A DNA stretch of 64,000 bases, from the NCBI GenBank assembly GCA_021781215.1, contig JAJXXC010000006.1, positions 11,029 to 75,028 of the forward strand, read 5' to 3'. Below the pieces are notes generated by a model, which ran no database searches, was not told the origin of the DNA, and saw nothing but the letters and a program-made list of their open reading frames with translations. Source of the stretch: a bacterium (lineage in GTDB: Bacteria > Patescibacteriota > Saccharimonadia > Saccharimonadales > DATKHC01). This document shows positions 47,217 to 56,477 of the stretch, piece by piece. The translations under genes were made by a program, and so were the position numbers. Position 1 is the first letter of the stretch; each line of letters starts with the position of its first letter.

Positions 47217-47264
47217 ATTGTTAATATGCTTGTAATTTGTGGTACTGGGGCCTAATATACCAAT

Positions 47265-47699
47265 ATGGACTTAGATAAACTAAGGAAATTTGAATCAGAT
47301 AGAAAAGATGAAGAAGATTTATATATACAAATTGGAAGTATAGTTTTAAATCCCGACGCTAGCTTAAATGACTATGTCTTAGCTACAATAAGTGTGTTAA
47401 GTCGACAAGAAAATGGACCCATAAGCCGCCACCTTTTAGAGTACGTAACTAAAGGTGTTGCCCAGTATGCATTTTGGGATAACGACAGTAGCGGAAAACC
47501 TATATTCGAATATGGTAACGATGCAGAACATGTAAGAAAACAGACTATAAGATCATTCGCTGATTTATATGAGCAATATTTCATAACACAAGATTTATCA
47601 CCCAGCAGTGAGACTAGTGGAAAAATTTCTATAACAGATAGTGGTTTAAATGCCCTTAGGAGTGTTATGCCAGAAGAAGATTTATCTAGAGTCGATTGA
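47265..47699 (+). CDS. hypothetical protein (cassette)
   Basis: 144-aa ORF. Confidence 0.45.
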   Translation: MDLDKLRKFESDRKDEEDLYIQIGSIVLNPDASLNDYVLATISVLSRQENGPISRHLLEYVTKGVAQYAFWDNDSSGKPIFEYGNDAEHVRKQTIRSFADLYEQYFITQDLSPSSETSGKISITDSGLNALRSVMPEEDLSRVD

Positions 47700-47733
47700 G
47701 AATCTGGAATAATTCTTAAAAAAATAATGCCCA

Positions 47734-47850
47734 ACATTCAAGTTATATAACCTCTCTTATACCTATTCCAATCAGAACCAATAATCTCTCTCCATCTAAT
47801 CAGTTCTTCATAAATTTGGTGCCAATTTTTTAATAGATGATTCGCTATTA
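47734..47850 (+). repeat. ssrA-3'-end-mimic cassette repeat, copy 8 (no CCA core or terminator)
   Basis: ACATTCAAGTTATATAACC...CCATCTAATCAGTTCTTCATAAATTTGGTGCCAATTTTTTAATAGATGATTCGC. Confidence 0.8.
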
Positions 47851-47868
47851 ACTTATAAGTTTTTATAT

Positions 47869-48603
47869 ATGGTAGGGCTGTCTAGTATAATAGTATCAAT
47901 GAACCAATTTTCTGCTCACCCAGGCCAACCACATAGATCTCATCGAGGTAACTGGCTAAGAGCTTCTGTACTAGGAGTTGATGACGGTATTGTATCTGTT
48001 TCAAGTTTAATGTTGGGAGTTTCTACTGCTCATGCCAATAGCTCAATAATATTAACTGCGGGAATTGCCGGGTTAGTCGCCGGAGCTCTATCAATGGCAA
48101 CGGGAGAATATGTGTCAGTAAGCTCGCAGCGTGACTCAGAAAAAGCAGATATTCTTATGGAAACTCGTTCTCTAGAAGACAACCCGGACGAAGAACTTGC
48201 AGAGCTAACAGCTATATATGAACATAGAGGCTTAGATCCTAAATTAGCCAAGGCTGTGGCAGAACAATTACATGCACACGATGCGGTTTCTGCACACCTA
48301 AGAGACGAAATAGGTATAGATGGTGATTCTTTAGCAAGGCCAGCTCAGGCAGCCTTAGCATCTGCATTGGCATTCTCTATTGGCGCGATAGTACCCATAA
48401 TCGCAACCTTAGCTGTTAACGGGAATACAAAAATTTTGGCTATTGTAATTGCATCACTAGTGGCATTAGGCATATCTGGGGCTATTGGGGCATTGCTTGG
48501 TGGTGGTAATAGATTATGGGCAGCGGCTAGGGTATTTATCGGAGGCGGTGCTGCGATGGCTATTACTGCACTCATTGGACATGTTATTGGAAGAAGTGTA
48601 TGA
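47869..48603 (+). CDS. VIT1/CCC1-family iron/manganese transporter (cassette)
   Basis: WLRASVLGVDDGIVSVSSLMLGV, a central acidic cytoplasmic helix region and C-terminal TMs. Confidence 0.8.
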   Translation: MVGLSSIIVSMNQFSAHPGQPHRSHRGNWLRASVLGVDDGIVSVSSLMLGVSTAHANSSIILTAGIAGLVAGALSMATGEYVSVSSQRDSEKADILMETRSLEDNPDEELAELTAIYEHRGLDPKLAKAVAEQLHAHDAVSAHLRDEIGIDGDSLARPAQAALASALAFSIGAIVPIIATLAVNGNTKILAIVIASLVALGISGAIGALLGGGNRLWAAARVFIGGGAAMAITALIGHVIGRSV

Positions 48604-48713
48604 CACTAAAGTTATACAAACCCTATTCCAATCAGTCCTAGATAAATAGAGTGCCAATTTTTTTAAGACATGCTCACCGTGACTATTCAGCCTCTGTAAA
48701 TTAAGAGGTTTTG
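48603..48713 (+). repeat. ssrA-3'-end-mimic cassette repeat, copy 9 (terminal, degenerate, internally deleted)
   Basis: ACACTAAAGTTATACAAACCCTATTCCAATCAG..GTGCCAATTTTTTTAAGACATGCTCACCG..CCTCTGTAAATTAAGAGGTTTT. Confidence 0.7.
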
Positions 48714-48718
48714 TATAT

Positions 48719-48934
48719 CTATTCTGTGAAACGATTTTTCGTCAAAGGGTTGTCTCTTACTAAGTTATTGAGAGTTGCTTTCAAAGTAGAGCGGTCTGAT
48801 AAGGTTGGGCTAAGGCCGTGTTGGAGTAGGTATACGCCAGCATAAGCAACAGCGAAAGCACCAACGCCGGCAGCTGCTCTAACTAGTTTGCTATCTTTAT
48901 TTTCTGAAAGGTAAGCTTTTTGTTTTTCAAACAT
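48719..48934 (-). CDS. small membrane protein
   Basis: 71-aa ORF with one TM (AAGVGAFAVAYAGVYLL). Confidence 0.4.
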   Translation of the reverse strand: MFEKQKAYLSENKDSKLVRAAAGVGAFAVAYAGVYLLQHGLSPTLSDRSTLKATLNNLVRDNPLTKNRFTE

Positions 48935-49034
48935 ATGCTTATATTAACATAAGCATGATAAATTGTCAACTAAGTCAATATTTCAACTATTTGAGAGTAA
49001 CATTACAAATATCTATTTTAAGCTTACTTTTAAA

Positions 49035-49244
49035 TCAGAGTTTTTTGCTCCTAAGTCTTTTAGCAATTTGCCTAAATTGTTGTCTTGACGAATCAACATG
49101 CTTTAATACCATTGCAATAGGCTTTATTGGCGCGTATTGAAAAATGCCATCACTGGGTTCATAGGTATTTGCAATGTATTCCGTGGAATCAACTTTGGGA
49201 CTTCCTTTTGATTTGTTTATTTTAATATGTATTCGGTGAGACAT
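49035..49244 (-). CDS. hypothetical small basic protein
   Basis: 69-aa ORF. Confidence 0.3.
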   Translation of the reverse strand: MSHRIHIKINKSKGSPKVDSTEYIANTYEPSDGIFQYAPIKPIAMVLKHVDSSRQQFRQIAKRLRSKKL

Positions 49245-49474
49245 AATATCTCCTTCCGCTATTGCTTTGTAAAAACAAAGCCTACTTCTCTTAATAATAT
49301 CCAGTAATCCGGAGTTATTAAAAAAGGTACCCTGCTAGTCATTAGTATAGCTTATATAGCTATTAAAATGCCTATCTATTTAATTGATCTGTTAACGACT
49401 ACTAATACAAGATAAACGTCTTTAAATCGTGTTGACATTTAGAGTAATTAATACAAGAATGAAGTTACTAACTA

Positions 49475-49816
49475 ATGGAGGTGATTATGAAACCTACACT
49501 TTACTTAACAGGAATAACTCGGTTTATAATTGGCTTAGCCGAAGCCATACTAGTATTGAGAATAGTACTAAGACTGTTTGCAGCTAATCCATCAGCATCG
49601 TTCGTGCACTGGATTTATACGACTAGTGATACATTACTCGAGCCCTTTAGGGGAATCTTCCAAATCGGTGTGATTCATAAATCATATGTTCTAGATTTTA
49701 CAGCCCTCTTCGCTCTAATTGTTTATGGCCTATTGGGTGCACTTTTAGTGTATCTAGTTTTCTTTTTAGAGAATACAATGGCTACAGCTAGCACTAGAAC
49801 AACAAAAGAAAAATAG
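49475..49816 (+). CDS. YggT-family membrane protein
   Basis: LRIVLRLFAANP..FVHWIYTTSDTLLEPFRGIF matches the YggT pattern; GGAGGTG SD. Confidence 0.6.
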   Translation: MEVIMKPTLYLTGITRFIIGLAEAILVLRIVLRLFAANPSASFVHWIYTTSDTLLEPFRGIFQIGVIHKSYVLDFTALFALIVYGLLGALLVYLVFFLENTMATASTRTTKEK

Positions 49817-49879
49817 TTGAATTATAATCAGATCTTGATAATAGCCAAGGTATAGTGAGGTATCTGGTTCTTGATGGAA

Positions 49880-49907
49880 TTGACAAATTATAAAATTAGT
49901 ATAGAAT
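49880..49907 (+). promoter_or_regulatory. putative promoter of 49918 ORF
   Basis: TTGACA-16 nt-TAGAAT. Confidence 0.4.
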
Positions 49908-49917
49908 ATAATATCTC

Positions 49918-50208
49918 ATGGATACAAGAGAAACTGTTATTGCTAGAAATAGCCTTAGGAAAAAACGCAATGAATGTGCGGCTTGGAGCTCACTATTTAT
50001 GGGTCTTACCGTTGCCTGTATTTCGGTTGCGCTAGATATGCCAAAATATCAGGATGGTGGTAAGCCCGATCTTATTGGCATAGCCACTGTTAGTGCAGTT
50101 GCGTTCGTTTATGAGGCGCTTAAATCAGTGGCTTATTCAAAAGAAGCGGAATCTTTTAACACTGTATTAAATCAACAAAGTTATACTAATAAATCGCAAC
50201 AACAATAA
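49918..50208 (+). CDS. small two-TM hypothetical protein
   Basis: 96-aa ORF. Confidence 0.4.
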   Translation: MDTRETVIARNSLRKKRNECAAWSSLFMGLTVACISVALDMPKYQDGGKPDLIGIATVSAVAFVYEALKSVAYSKEAESFNTVLNQQSYTNKSQQQ

Positions 50209-50261
50209 ATCCTCGGCACTTTTATAACGAAACTATTTTATAATTTGATTCGACTATTTTT

Positions 50262-50927
50262 TTAAAACTTGTTGTTAAGAGACATAATTTCAATGAAAAC
50301 TTCAGCTATCTCATTTTTGAGTTTTATCACTTCGGGCAGATCGTGTGAGTATTTTTTCATTTCTGAGATTTGCTTATCGTAACCGGTGATTAACTCCTCT
50401 TGAGTCATATTGATTTGCCTAATATATTTGCCATTATTTAAAATATGGGTAATTTCTGGCATCAATTTGTCTAGACCCTTAACGAACCGTGCTTCTATGG
50501 TATCAAGAGCTTCATAGCTAGTCGTCGTGTTAGCTAACCATGGGAAACTTTTTCCGAATTCTTTGATAATCCTAGCAAGAGCCTCGGCCTCACGTTTATT
50601 TTTTGCTTGCTTTTCCTCTTCGCTAATTCGGACAGTAATGGTATCACCAGCATAAACTTCGACTAAATCATGGATTAGGGCATACTGAGCTATTTTTCCA
50701 ATATCCAGATCAGGCCTAAGCCTATCTGCTATTGCGCATCCCAAAACGCTAAGCATTATGCTGTGATCGGAATCTGTTTCTGGCCTAGATCCATCTTCGT
50801 GGAATGTAGATCTTTCCACCCTAGAGAATTTTAACAAAAGCTGTCCAAGATTAATTACATCAGATACCTTGACTGTAGACTTCAATTTGATAGGTGTTTT
50901 TTTAGCCATCAATTTTAGTTTATCCAT
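50262..50927 (-). CDS. HD-domain phosphohydrolase (YfbR-like)
   Basis: TDSDHSIML ... IHDLVEVYAGD metal-binding H..HD..D pattern. Confidence 0.7.
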   Translation of the reverse strand: MDKLKLMAKKTPIKLKSTVKVSDVINLGQLLLKFSRVERSTFHEDGSRPETDSDHSIMLSVLGCAIADRLRPDLDIGKIAQYALIHDLVEVYAGDTITVRISEEEKQAKNKREAEALARIIKEFGKSFPWLANTTTSYEALDTIEARFVKGLDKLMPEITHILNNGKYIRQINMTQEELITGYDKQISEMKKYSHDLPEVIKLKNEIAEVFIEIMSLNNKF

Positions 50928-50994
50928 TTTTCACCTAACATTGCAAGAGATTCAATTTTTTTGTGGGCTTAAGTAACCAACGATGTCTTATAAA

Positions 50995-51621
50995 TTAGAA
51001 CCCAACGATTTCTTTAATTAGAATGACTGTCACCCTATTATTCGTTTCTTTTCGATAGATTAGAATTTTGTTTAATGAAGAGTGCCTGTTGTAGGCCTTT
51101 AGCGCTCTTTCGTCTTCCAGCTGAAGAACATAATTTTCTATGCGGTTGAACCCCTCATTTAGATTCTCAACAATCTTCTTAGTGCTAACTAACCAAATTA
51201 CATGATTGGCTCCAAAAACATAGTTGGGGATTTGGCTACCGCTAGCAGAAGCTATTAATGCTTGACCGTCTTCGGTTATTGCATGAACGCTGCCAAGCAC
51301 ATATTCTGAGGCGGAGCCAATTCGTTTCATTTCCAGTATCTTATCTTCTTGCCCCTGGAGTTCTGTAAATTTCTTCCTAGTTGATATGTAGTCACCGGAT
51401 TCATTTATGATTTCGTTTAATCCAGCTTGGCTGACAGTTACAGAACTTACGGTAAATACTTCAGAGCCCTTTGGTATGATGCTCAGCACTTTTTCTTTGG
51501 CAGCCTCTAAGTTGTCTGTCACGATAACCTCAAATCCATTTTTCCTAAGTGCATCAGTAGCATTTGCTAAAGACTCTTCATTGGCTAATTGATCAAACTT
51601 ATTATTTAGGTTCAGTGACAT
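50995..51621 (-). CDS. LUD-domain protein (YkgG/LutC-like)
   Basis: Size and pattern (GSEVFTVSS..GLNE...SVHAITEDGQALIASASGSQ) fit the LUD family. Confidence 0.5.
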   Translation of the reverse strand: MSLNLNNKFDQLANEESLANATDALRKNGFEVIVTDNLEAAKEKVLSIIPKGSEVFTVSSVTVSQAGLNEIINESGDYISTRKKFTELQGQEDKILEMKRIGSASEYVLGSVHAITEDGQALIASASGSQIPNYVFGANHVIWLVSTKKIVENLNEGFNRIENYVLQLEDERALKAYNRHSSLNKILIYRKETNNRVTVILIKEIVGF

Positions 51622-51689
51622 TGGTCTACCCTTTTGTTATATTATTTATTAGGTGTTACAATATCGATACTATACTAAGTAAAGTGAGC

Positions 51690-52028
51690 ATGCAAGTTAA
51701 AATAATCGAAAAATCAAAGATTGAGAAGCATCCGGGCTGTGTTGCAGAGGCACTATCAATTATCGGTAATAAATGGACCGCATTATTAGTCATGGAATTA
51801 GCTAAGGGGACTACCCGGTTTAGCCAACTAGAGGCTTCACTAAAGGGTATTAGTCCTAGAACTCTCTCGCAAAGACTAGATTATTTAGTTGATAAATCGA
51901 TTATATCTAAGCAGAATTTTTCAGAAATGCCTCCTAGGGTTGAATATTTACTAACTAAAAAAGGCTATGATTTGATTCCAATTCTACAAAGTATGGCATC
52001 TTGGGGTAACAAATATTATCAAGATTAG
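51690..52028 (+). CDS. HxlR-family transcriptional regulator
   Basis: C..AEALSIIGNKWTALLVMEL..GTTRFSQL...ISPRTLSQRL..LV...I......E.PPRVEYLLTKKG; start moved to the ATG at 51690. Confidence 0.8.
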   Translation: MQVKIIEKSKIEKHPGCVAEALSIIGNKWTALLVMELAKGTTRFSQLEASLKGISPRTLSQRLDYLVDKSIISKQNFSEMPPRVEYLLTKKGYDLIPILQSMASWGNKYYQD

Positions 52029-52067
52029 CTTGTTATATTTTTTCAATAAACTAATCTAATTTTTGGC

Positions 52068-53849
52068 ATGAAACAAATTATAAGAATTATCAGATTTACT
52101 AAGGAGCTATGGCCTTTTTATATAGGCGTAGGTATCTTGACCATCCTTTTGGCGTTGATGGCACAGCTTCAGCCGCTATTTACTAAGGGAGCGATCGACC
52201 AAATAACCAAGATATTGGGCGGTGGTAAGGCAGACATTATGATTGTGGCCTTATTCGCATTGCTAATTTTTGTAACCGATTTTATGTCGACTATATTTAG
52301 TAATATTGCAGGTTACTACGGCGATATCCTAAGCGTCAAAATAGCGCGAATAATGAGTCGTAAATATTTCGAACACTTACTTAATCTGCCCCAAACTTAT
52401 TTCGATACCGAGTTAACCGGAACGATTATTAATCGAATGAACCGTGGAGTGACTCAGATAAGTAATTTCATGAACATGTTAAGTAACAATTTCCTTCAAT
52501 TTATATTTAGCACGGTCTTTACCCTAGTAATCGTTCTATATTATTCCTGGCAGGTTGGTTTAATGCTCGGTGTCTTGTATCCAATATTTGTTTGGCTAAC
52601 AACTCGAAGCAGTGAAAAGTGGCAGGGTTATCAAAAAACTATTAATACTGAGCAAGATATTGCTAACGGGCGTTTTGCCGAAGCTATTGGACAAGTGAGA
52701 GTAGTTAAGAGCTTTACCCAAGAAAAACGGGAACTTAAATTATTTACCAAACACTATGATAAATCAGTAGCAACAACTTACCCCCAAAGTAGATATTGGC
52801 ATAAACAGGACATTAAAAGACGGGTTATTTTAAACCTAATCTTCTTTATGATCTTTGCTTATATCTTTATTGAAACCGCACATCGAGTCTACGGTATCGG
52901 CACCATGGTTCTATTAATTCAGTATGCGCTACTGGTTAGAATCCCTATCTTTAGTATTAGTTTTTTGGTTGATCAAACCCAAAGGGCTTTAGCGAATACC
53001 AAAGATTATTTTCAGGCCATGGATATCGAACCTGAAATAACTGATTCGGTGAATGCCAAGAAACTGAATGTATCTAAGGGGGTTGTTGAGTTTAAGGACG
53101 TTAGTTTTGCATATCAGGAAAAAGAGCCGGTGCTAAAAGACATGAATTTTATATTACCCGAAAACAGCAAGACTGCCTTAGTTGGAGAAAGTGGTCAGGG
53201 TAAAACCACTATTACCAGTCTGCTACTTAGGTTATATACCTTAGACAATGGCAGTATTCTAATTGATAATCAAGACATTAAAGAAGTAACCCAGCAGTCG
53301 CTTAGAGATAATATTGCCGTCGTTTTTCAAGAACCGGCATTGTTTAGCGGTACGATTAAAGAAAATATAGCCTATGCTAATCCATCTGCTAGTAGCGAAC
53401 AGGTTATAGCCGCAGCTAAGGCTGCTAATGCGGATGAATTTATCGATAAATTAGAAAATGGCTACGATACCGAAATAGGTGAACGAGGTCTTAAGCTAAG
53501 TGGTGGACAGAAACAAAGAATTGCTATAGCCAGAGCCCTACTTAAGGATGCGCCGATCTTAATTCTTGATGAAGCAACTAGTAGTTTGGACAGCAAGAGT
53601 GAAAAATTAGTCCAACAAGCTTTGAATCGGTTAATGAACAGTCGTACCACTTTAATTATTGCCCACAGATTAAGCACGATCCAATCGGTTGATCAAATAG
53701 TTACACTTAAAAATGGTCGGGTTGATGAGATCGGCAGCCCAGAAGAATTAAGTAGTAGCCAGGGAATTTATCAGCAATTACTAGAGTTACAACAGACCCA
53801 TACTAAGGCTACTAAAAAGAAACTTCAAGAGTTTGAGATAACATCTTAA
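52068..53849 (+). CDS. fused ABC exporter (permease plus ATPase)
   Basis: GESGQGKTT, LSGGQKQRIAIARAL, ILDEATSSLD. Confidence 0.85.
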   Translation: MKQIIRIIRFTKELWPFYIGVGILTILLALMAQLQPLFTKGAIDQITKILGGGKADIMIVALFALLIFVTDFMSTIFSNIAGYYGDILSVKIARIMSRKYFEHLLNLPQTYFDTELTGTIINRMNRGVTQISNFMNMLSNNFLQFIFSTVFTLVIVLYYSWQVGLMLGVLYPIFVWLTTRSSEKWQGYQKTINTEQDIANGRFAEAIGQVRVVKSFTQEKRELKLFTKHYDKSVATTYPQSRYWHKQDIKRRVILNLIFFMIFAYIFIETAHRVYGIGTMVLLIQYALLVRIPIFSISFLVDQTQRALANTKDYFQAMDIEPEITDSVNAKKLNVSKGVVEFKDVSFAYQEKEPVLKDMNFILPENSKTALVGESGQGKTTITSLLLRLYTLDNGSILIDNQDIKEVTQQSLRDNIAVVFQEPALFSGTIKENIAYANPSASSEQVIAAAKAANADEFIDKLENGYDTEIGERGLKLSGGQKQRIAIARALLKDAPILILDEATSSLDSKSEKLVQQALNRLMNSRTTLIIAHRLSTIQSVDQIVTLKNGRVDEIGSPEELSSSQGIYQQLLELQQTHTKATKKKLQEFEITS

Positions 53850-53856
53850 AAACACT

Positions 53857-53884
53857 TTGTAAAATTTAATACTTATGCTATAAT
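53857..53884 (+). promoter_or_regulatory. putative typA promoter
   Basis: TTGTAA-16 nt-TATAAT. Confidence 0.4.
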
Positions 53885-53929
53885 AGTAAATAATATTTTC
53901 AGAATAGCGCTGGGAAGGCGCTTTTTTAT

Positions 53930-55753
53930 ATGAATCAGAATTCACAAAAAATTAGAAACATTGCGATTATTGCTCACGTTGACCACGGCAAAACTACTCT
54001 CGTCGATGGTCTATTAAAGCAATCTAAAACATTTAGAGATAATCAGGCTGAGATGAGCCAACATCTAATTATGGATAGTGGTGACCAGGAAAAAGAACGT
54101 GGTATTACTATCACCGCTAAAATTACTGCTGTTCAGCACGAGGATTACAGAATCAATATTATCGACACACCGGGACATGCAGACTTTAGTGGTGAAGTTG
54201 AGCGAACGCTTAATATGGCGGATGGCTGCTTGTTAATAGTTGATGCACAAGAAGGCCCAATGCCTCAAACAAAATTTGTACTGACTAAGGCTCTAGCTAA
54301 TAATCTAAAACCAATCGTAATTATAAATAAAATAGATAAACCAAGCGCAAGAATCGCAGAAGTAGAAGATGAAGTAGCCGATCTATTTCTTGAATTAGCA
54401 GTGCATGAAGATCAGTTGCATTATCCAGTTTATTACAGCGTAGGACGAGCCGGTAAGGCCTGGGAAAAAATACCAGCTAATTTTGAAGAGGAAGGTGATC
54501 TATCGGTTATATTCGATGCAATAATCAATCGAATTCCGGCACCAGATGTCTCTATCGACAAGCCATTACAAATGCTAGTATCAGCCCTTGCTTGGGATAC
54601 ATTTAAGGGTAAATATGCAATTGGGCGAATTACGAGCGGTCAATTAAGGCCAAATGATCAAGTTACACTATGTAAAAAAGACGGAACTATGGTCAAGGCT
54701 AAAATCGATAACTTAATGCTTAGCCAGGGGACTGAAAGAGTAGAAATTGATCATGGTATTGCCGGCGACATCGTTGCAGTCACTGGTATATCCGATGTCC
54801 AGATCGGTGAAACAATCGCTGACTACAACAATCCGGTTGCATTGCCAGTACTGGAAGTTGAAGCACCGACTCTTAAAATTTACTTAGGCCCTAACACTAG
54901 TCCATTCAAGGGCACAGAAGGCCAGTTCACCACCAGTAGACAAATTGGTGATCGACTAAACAAGGAGCTTGAATCAAATGTTGGTCTACGGGTTAAAGAA
55001 GAAGGAATCGGTTTTCTAATTAGCGGTAGAGGCGAATTACATCTAAGCGTTCTAATTGAAACCCTAAGACGAGAAGGTTACGAATTCGAAGTTGGTCGAC
55101 CCCAAGTAGTTACTGTAGAAAAAGACGGAAAAATTGAAGAGCCAATCGAAGAATTGATTATAGAAATACCAGCTGATTACGTAGGAAATGTTCAAATGGA
55201 GCTCGGGACACGTAAGGCCGAATTAAAGGAACAATTCACTAGCCCTAAGGGAATTACCAAATTAGTCTACGAATTGCCTACAAGAGCTTTATTGGGGCTT
55301 AGGGATAGGCTTATGACCAACACTAAAGGTACGGCCGTGATTAATAGTTTAATGATTGGCTATCAGCCACTAGGTTCAAGTTTGGCTCAGACTCGTAATG
55401 GAGTTTTGATTGCTTACGAAACTGGTGTTACTACCCCATATTCTTTGCAAAGTGCTGAAGCAAGAGGTGTTTGTTTTGTTGGGCCAGCAGTTAAGGTTTA
55501 TGCCGGACAAATAGTTGGACTAAATAACCGGTCAGATGATCTAGAGATTAATGTTTGTAAGGCCAAGCATTTAACTAACATGAGAAGTAGTTCTAGCGAT
55601 GGTGTGGTTCAGCTAACGCCACCGATAATATATAGCCTTGAGCAGTGCATTAGCTTTATCGAAGAGGATGAGTTATTGGAAGTAACTCCACAATCTCTTC
55701 GACTTCGCAAAAAAGAACTAGATGCCAATAAACGAAAACGCAATAAAAACTAG
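53930..55753 (+). CDS. typA: translational GTPase TypA/BipA
   Basis: [29 protein letters not shown]; 607 aa. Confidence 0.9.
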   Translation: MNQNSQKIRNIAIIAHVDHGKTTLVDGLLKQSKTFRDNQAEMSQHLIMDSGDQEKERGITITAKITAVQHEDYRINIIDTPGHADFSGEVERTLNMADGCLLIVDAQEGPMPQTKFVLTKALANNLKPIVIINKIDKPSARIAEVEDEVADLFLELAVHEDQLHYPVYYSVGRAGKAWEKIPANFEEEGDLSVIFDAIINRIPAPDVSIDKPLQMLVSALAWDTFKGKYAIGRITSGQLRPNDQVTLCKKDGTMVKAKIDNLMLSQGTERVEIDHGIAGDIVAVTGISDVQIGETIADYNNPVALPVLEVEAPTLKIYLGPNTSPFKGTEGQFTTSRQIGDRLNKELESNVGLRVKEEGIGFLISGRGELHLSVLIETLRREGYEFEVGRPQVVTVEKDGKIEEPIEELIIEIPADYVGNVQMELGTRKAELKEQFTSPKGITKLVYELPTRALLGLRDRLMTNTKGTAVINSLMIGYQPLGSSLAQTRNGVLIAYETGVTTPYSLQSAEARGVCFVGPAVKVYAGQIVGLNNRSDDLEINVCKAKHLTNMRSSSSDGVVQLTPPIIYSLEQCISFIEEDELLEVTPQSLRLRKKELDANKRKRNKN

Positions 55754-55785
55754 ACCCTTCAAGTCGGCTATCTAAAGCTGAAAAT

Positions 55786-56277
55786 TTATTCCCTAATCGA
55801 TGAAGTATCGGGTGTAACTATTGTTAAGTCGCCACCGTTACAAAGTGTTTCTGCAACTATATTGAGGCTGATTAAGACGGCATCCCCAACATATAATAGC
55901 TTTCTTGATGGATATGATTCTTCTGGGTAGTACTGCGCCTTAACTATCGGCAGGGCTGTATCCGGGTCAATAGTTATGTCTTCTCTTATAGGGTTGTCAT
56001 AGGCACCTTTTGTAAACTTGGTGCCAATTATAGCCGTTTCACCGATTCTAAGTCGTAATTCAAGTTTTGGTTTCACTCCGTGGACTAAATCAACCATATT
56101 TCGTTCACTAGTCTGATATTCGATATCGCTGAGATTTAGGATTCTATTATGGCTAGGCCCGTAGCCACCGTACCACAAGCGTAGAGGGGACGTTAATGAG
56201 TTTAATTGATAACTAACTTTTTCACTGTCGAATGTTTCCATAATAATAAAGATATAGCTATAGCCTACGGATTGCAA
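55786..56277 (-). CDS. hypothetical protein
   Basis: 163-aa ORF. Confidence 0.4.
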   Translation of the reverse strand: MQSVGYSYIFIIMETFDSEKVSYQLNSLTSPLRLWYGGYGPSHNRILNLSDIEYQTSERNMVDLVHGVKPKLELRLRIGETAIIGTKFTKGAYDNPIREDITIDPDTALPIVKAQYYPEESYPSRKLLYVGDAVLISLNIVAETLCNGGDLTIVTPDTSSIRE

Positions 56278-56477
56278 ACATGAGCTTAATCAGTACCACT
56301 GGTCTCATAAATGCATTTTCACCTGTCATGGGTTGACGCACAATAAATCTTATGCTACGATATAAATCGTTGTTTTTTATGAATCCGGGTTTGTTAATAA
56401 TATGAGTTACTCGATTTCGTAGAAGAAGCAATTGAAGTAACAATATTAATTAATAAACATTTAAGGATTCTATTTTT

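Noticed and set aside
41171-48713. Possibility that the repeat array is a CRISPR array
   Set aside because: The repeats are 110-150 bp, imperfect, and spaced 0.4-1.1 kb apart. Each interval holds a full ORF with a promoter. No cas genes are present.
48955-49140. 61-aa plus-strand ORF
   Set aside because: It is Leu/Ser-rich low-complexity sequence and overlaps the 3' part of the minus-strand ORF 49035..49244. It has no start context.
56018-56029. TTGGTGCCAATT match to the most conserved core of the cassette repeat
   Set aside because: It is only a 12-nt near-palindromic match inside the coding sequence of 55786..56277 (..IGTKFTK..). The flanks show no similarity, so it is judged to be chance.
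56258-56443. 61-aa minus-strand ORF in the long region upstream of the DEAD-box helicase
   Set aside because: It has no RBS or motif. The region is more likely the long 5' leader or promoter region of the helicase gene.
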